From Terriglobia bacterium (lineage in GTDB: Bacteria; Acidobacteriota; Terriglobia; 20CM-2-55-15): DNA of 64,000 nt. Of this stretch, positions 62,007-64,000 are shown piece after piece; position 1 is the stretch's first letter; every line of letters begins with the position of its first letter. The stretch is from the NCBI GenBank assembly GCA_963664115.2, contig CAXWPJ010000012.1, forward strand, positions 160,001 to 224,000. The letters run 5' to 3'. The notes under the pieces were generated by a model. That model did no database searches. It was given only the letters and a program-made list of their open reading frames with translations, and was not told the origin of the DNA. Both the position numbers and the translations under genes were made by a program.

Positions 62007-62086
62007 TTCAACACGAAGACACGAAGGAAACGAAGTGGACCTATGTCTTCTGGACAAATAGTTTTCTTGGTGATGTTCGTGTTGAA
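62007..62086. repeat. REP-like inverted repeat (CACGAAG family), copy 2
   Basis: TTCAACACGAAGACACGAAGGAAAC...GTTTTCTTGGTGATGTTCGTGTTGAA. Confidence 0.65.
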
Positions 62087-62125
62087 GATCGATATCTACG
62101 GTATTGTCAAATTGATCAGGATTTT

Positions 62126-63187
62126 GTGGTGAACGACGAAAAGTATATGCAGCGGGCGTTGGAGTTGGCCGAGCGGGGACGAGGGCTCACAAGTCCCGGG
62201 GCTATGGTGGGTGCCGTTGTCGTCAATGACGAGAAAATTGTCGGCGAGGGTTTCTATACTTGGGACGGTGTAGACCACGCCGAAAAGCAGGCGATGGCTG
62301 TCGCCGGCGACCGGGCACGCGGGGCAACTCTGTATGTGAGCCTGGAGCCCTGCGCACACCAGGGGCGAACCCCGCCCTGCGCCGAAGCCATTGTGGGCGC
62401 CGGAATCTCCCGGGTTGTCATCGCCATGGAAGATCCGAACCCGCAGGTTGATGGGCACGGAATCGCCCGACTCAAGCAAGCCGGCATCGAGGTCGAGTGC
62501 GGGCATTGCGGGAAGGAGGCACACGCGATCAACGAGGCGTTCGTCCATTCCACCCGAAGCGACCGGCCGTTTGGCGTTCTCAAGATCGCAATGTCACTGG
62601 ATGGGAAAATTGCGACGGGCAGTGGCGAGTCGCGATGGATCACGTCTGAAGAATCCCGCCACCGCGTTCAACTCCTGCGGCACCGAGCAGACGCGCTGCT
62701 GACCGGTAGCGGAACAGTGCTCACCGACGATCCCCTGTTGACGGACCGTAGTGGCATCAAACGGCGCCGACCTCTCATCCGTGCTGTCATCGATCGACGC
62801 GGGCGACTGGACTCACACCTCCAGATTTTTTCCACGCCTGGGGTTCTCGTGTACACGCAGGTGCCGCATCTGGAGCTCCCCGCATCTCACGAAGTCGTGT
62901 CTGGAACGACAGGCCTGCAGGACGTGGCCCGCGATCTGGCTGTTCGTGATGTGCAGACATTAATGCTGGAGTGCGGCCCTGATCTGGCATTCGATGCGCT
63001 CAGAAGCGGCATCATTGATAAAATAGTAACTTTCGTTGCCCCCCGGGTTCTCGGCGGACGGGAAATACCGGCTTTCGGGTCCGATGGAGTCGACCGTCTG
63101 GCCGACGCCGTAGAACTTAGAAACTGGCAGTTTGAAGGCATAGGTCCGGACTTGATGATTACAGCTTATGTTCACAGGGATCATTGA
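62126..63187 (+). CDS. ribD: Riboflavin biosynthesis deaminase/reductase
   Basis: HAE, LEPCAHQGRTPPC, SLDGKIA, SRWIT. Confidence 0.95.
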   Translation: MVNDEKYMQRALELAERGRGLTSPGAMVGAVVVNDEKIVGEGFYTWDGVDHAEKQAMAVAGDRARGATLYVSLEPCAHQGRTPPCAEAIVGAGISRVVIAMEDPNPQVDGHGIARLKQAGIEVECGHCGKEAHAINEAFVHSTRSDRPFGVLKIAMSLDGKIATGSGESRWITSEESRHRVQLLRHRADALLTGSGTVLTDDPLLTDRSGIKRRRPLIRAVIDRRGRLDSHLQIFSTPGVLVYTQVPHLELPASHEVVSGTTGLQDVARDLAVRDVQTLMLECGPDLAFDALRSGIIDKIVTFVAPRVLGGREIPAFGSDGVDRLADAVELRNWQFEGIGPDLMITAYVHRDH

Positions 63188-63782
63188 AGAGGTGGGTGAA
63201 ATCGTGGGTGTAAGCGACACCGGCGACTTCCGGCGTGTCGTCATTCGGGCGCCTGGAGTGATTTCGGATATCGAAGCGGGATCCAGCGTCGCCACCGATG
63301 GTGTCTGCATTACGGCTCGCGAAGTGGAGGGCGATACCTTCACCGCGGACCTGTCACGCGAGACACTTGATCGCACAACGCTCAAACACGCCACCGCGGG
63401 CACCCAGGTCAATCTTGAACGCTCGATGGTTGTGGATGGACGATTCGGCGGCCATATCGTTCAAGGTCATGTCGACGGCGTCGGCAAGATCGATAGCTTT
63501 GACCGGGCAGGCAACGAGTGGATTCTCCGGATCAAGTATGATTCGATCGATTCGGCGCCACTGGTTGGGAAAGGATCTGTAGCAGTGAACGGAATCAGCC
63601 TGACCGTGGCCACTCTGGAAGAGCAAACGTTCACGATCGCGATCATTCCCTTCACTCTGGAGAATACGAACCTGCAACATAGAAAACCGGGAGATGAGGT
63701 TAACGTCGAATTTGATGTACTGGCCAAGTACGTTGAAAAGCTTGTCGGCGGTTATCTGAAACACATCGAGGGAGCAAAGTAA
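63168..63782 (+). CDS. ribE: Riboflavin synthase (alpha chain; ribC in E. coli nomenclature)
   Basis: [25 protein letters not shown]. Confidence 0.93.
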   Translation: MFTGIIEEVGEIVGVSDTGDFRRVVIRAPGVISDIEAGSSVATDGVCITAREVEGDTFTADLSRETLDRTTLKHATAGTQVNLERSMVVDGRFGGHIVQGHVDGVGKIDSFDRAGNEWILRIKYDSIDSAPLVGKGSVAVNGISLTVATLEEQTFTIAIIPFTLENTNLQHRKPGDEVNVEFDVLAKYVEKLVGGYLKHIEGAK

Positions 63783-63786
63783 ATAG

Positions 63787-64000
63787 ATGACGTTTGCCGA
63801 TGTAGACGAAGCGATCGCAGCAATCAACAACGGTCGAATGATCATCATCGTGGATGACGAAGATCGGGAGAACGAAGGGGATCTGATGATCGCCGCCGAA
63901 AAGGTGACACCGGAAGCGATCAATTTCATGGCGACGCATGGACGCGGCTTGATCTGTCTCCCGATGGCGGGAGACAGGCTCGACACGCTCCATATTCCCT
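63787..64000 (+). CDS. ribB: DHBP synthase (RibB or RibBA), 3' truncated by window edge
   Basis: [28 protein letters not shown]...GRGLIC. Confidence 0.9.
   Translation, partial: MTFADVDEAIAAINNGRMIIIVDDEDRENEGDLMIAAEKVTPEAINFMATHGRGLICLPMAGDRLDTLHIP

Noticed and set aside
62100-62113. IS6-like IR GGTATTGTCAAATT before ribD
   Set aside because: Single short match with no transposase remnant or partner end.
61967-62125. FMN riboswitch upstream of ribD
   Set aside because: No RFN consensus (AGGGTGAAA.TCCC.ACCGGCGGT); the region is occupied by a REP-like repeat.

Overview
Bacterial DNA, probably Acidobacteriota (inferred from gene content and the kinase family remnants), in two parts. (1) ~1-20,965 is an accessory island ending at a tyrosine integrase and tRNA-Val(CAC). 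It holds IS1380, IS110/IS1111, IS6 and IS200-type elements or remnants. Its main feature is an array of cargo modules (cyclase, FGE-sulfatase domain, VOC+NHL, NfeD/SPFH, others). Several modules sit inside hollowed-out Ser/Thr kinase genes, where only the promoter and first codons and the last codons (INIVLNWFEELKERVPVP*) remain. The modules are bounded by a recurring imperfect palindrome with 11-6-11 tyrosine-recombinase-site geometry (e.g. ACGTCCGAGAA-GATGAT-TTGTCAGGACT). An IS1111-type element has inserted precisely into that site twice, and guide segments matching its target and donor junction can be read in its non-coding end (bridge RNA). (2) ~21,000-64,000 is mostly housekeeping: LigI-like hydrolase, transporters, fused 2-oxoacid dehydrogenase E1, P450/FNR, a pheA-ilv-leu divergon with a TetR gene and palindromic operator, proBA, moxR-DUF58-transglutaminase, rimO, yacG, pgpA, cinA, thpR, gpsA, ftsY and rib genes. 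All calls are by eye; no database search was run.
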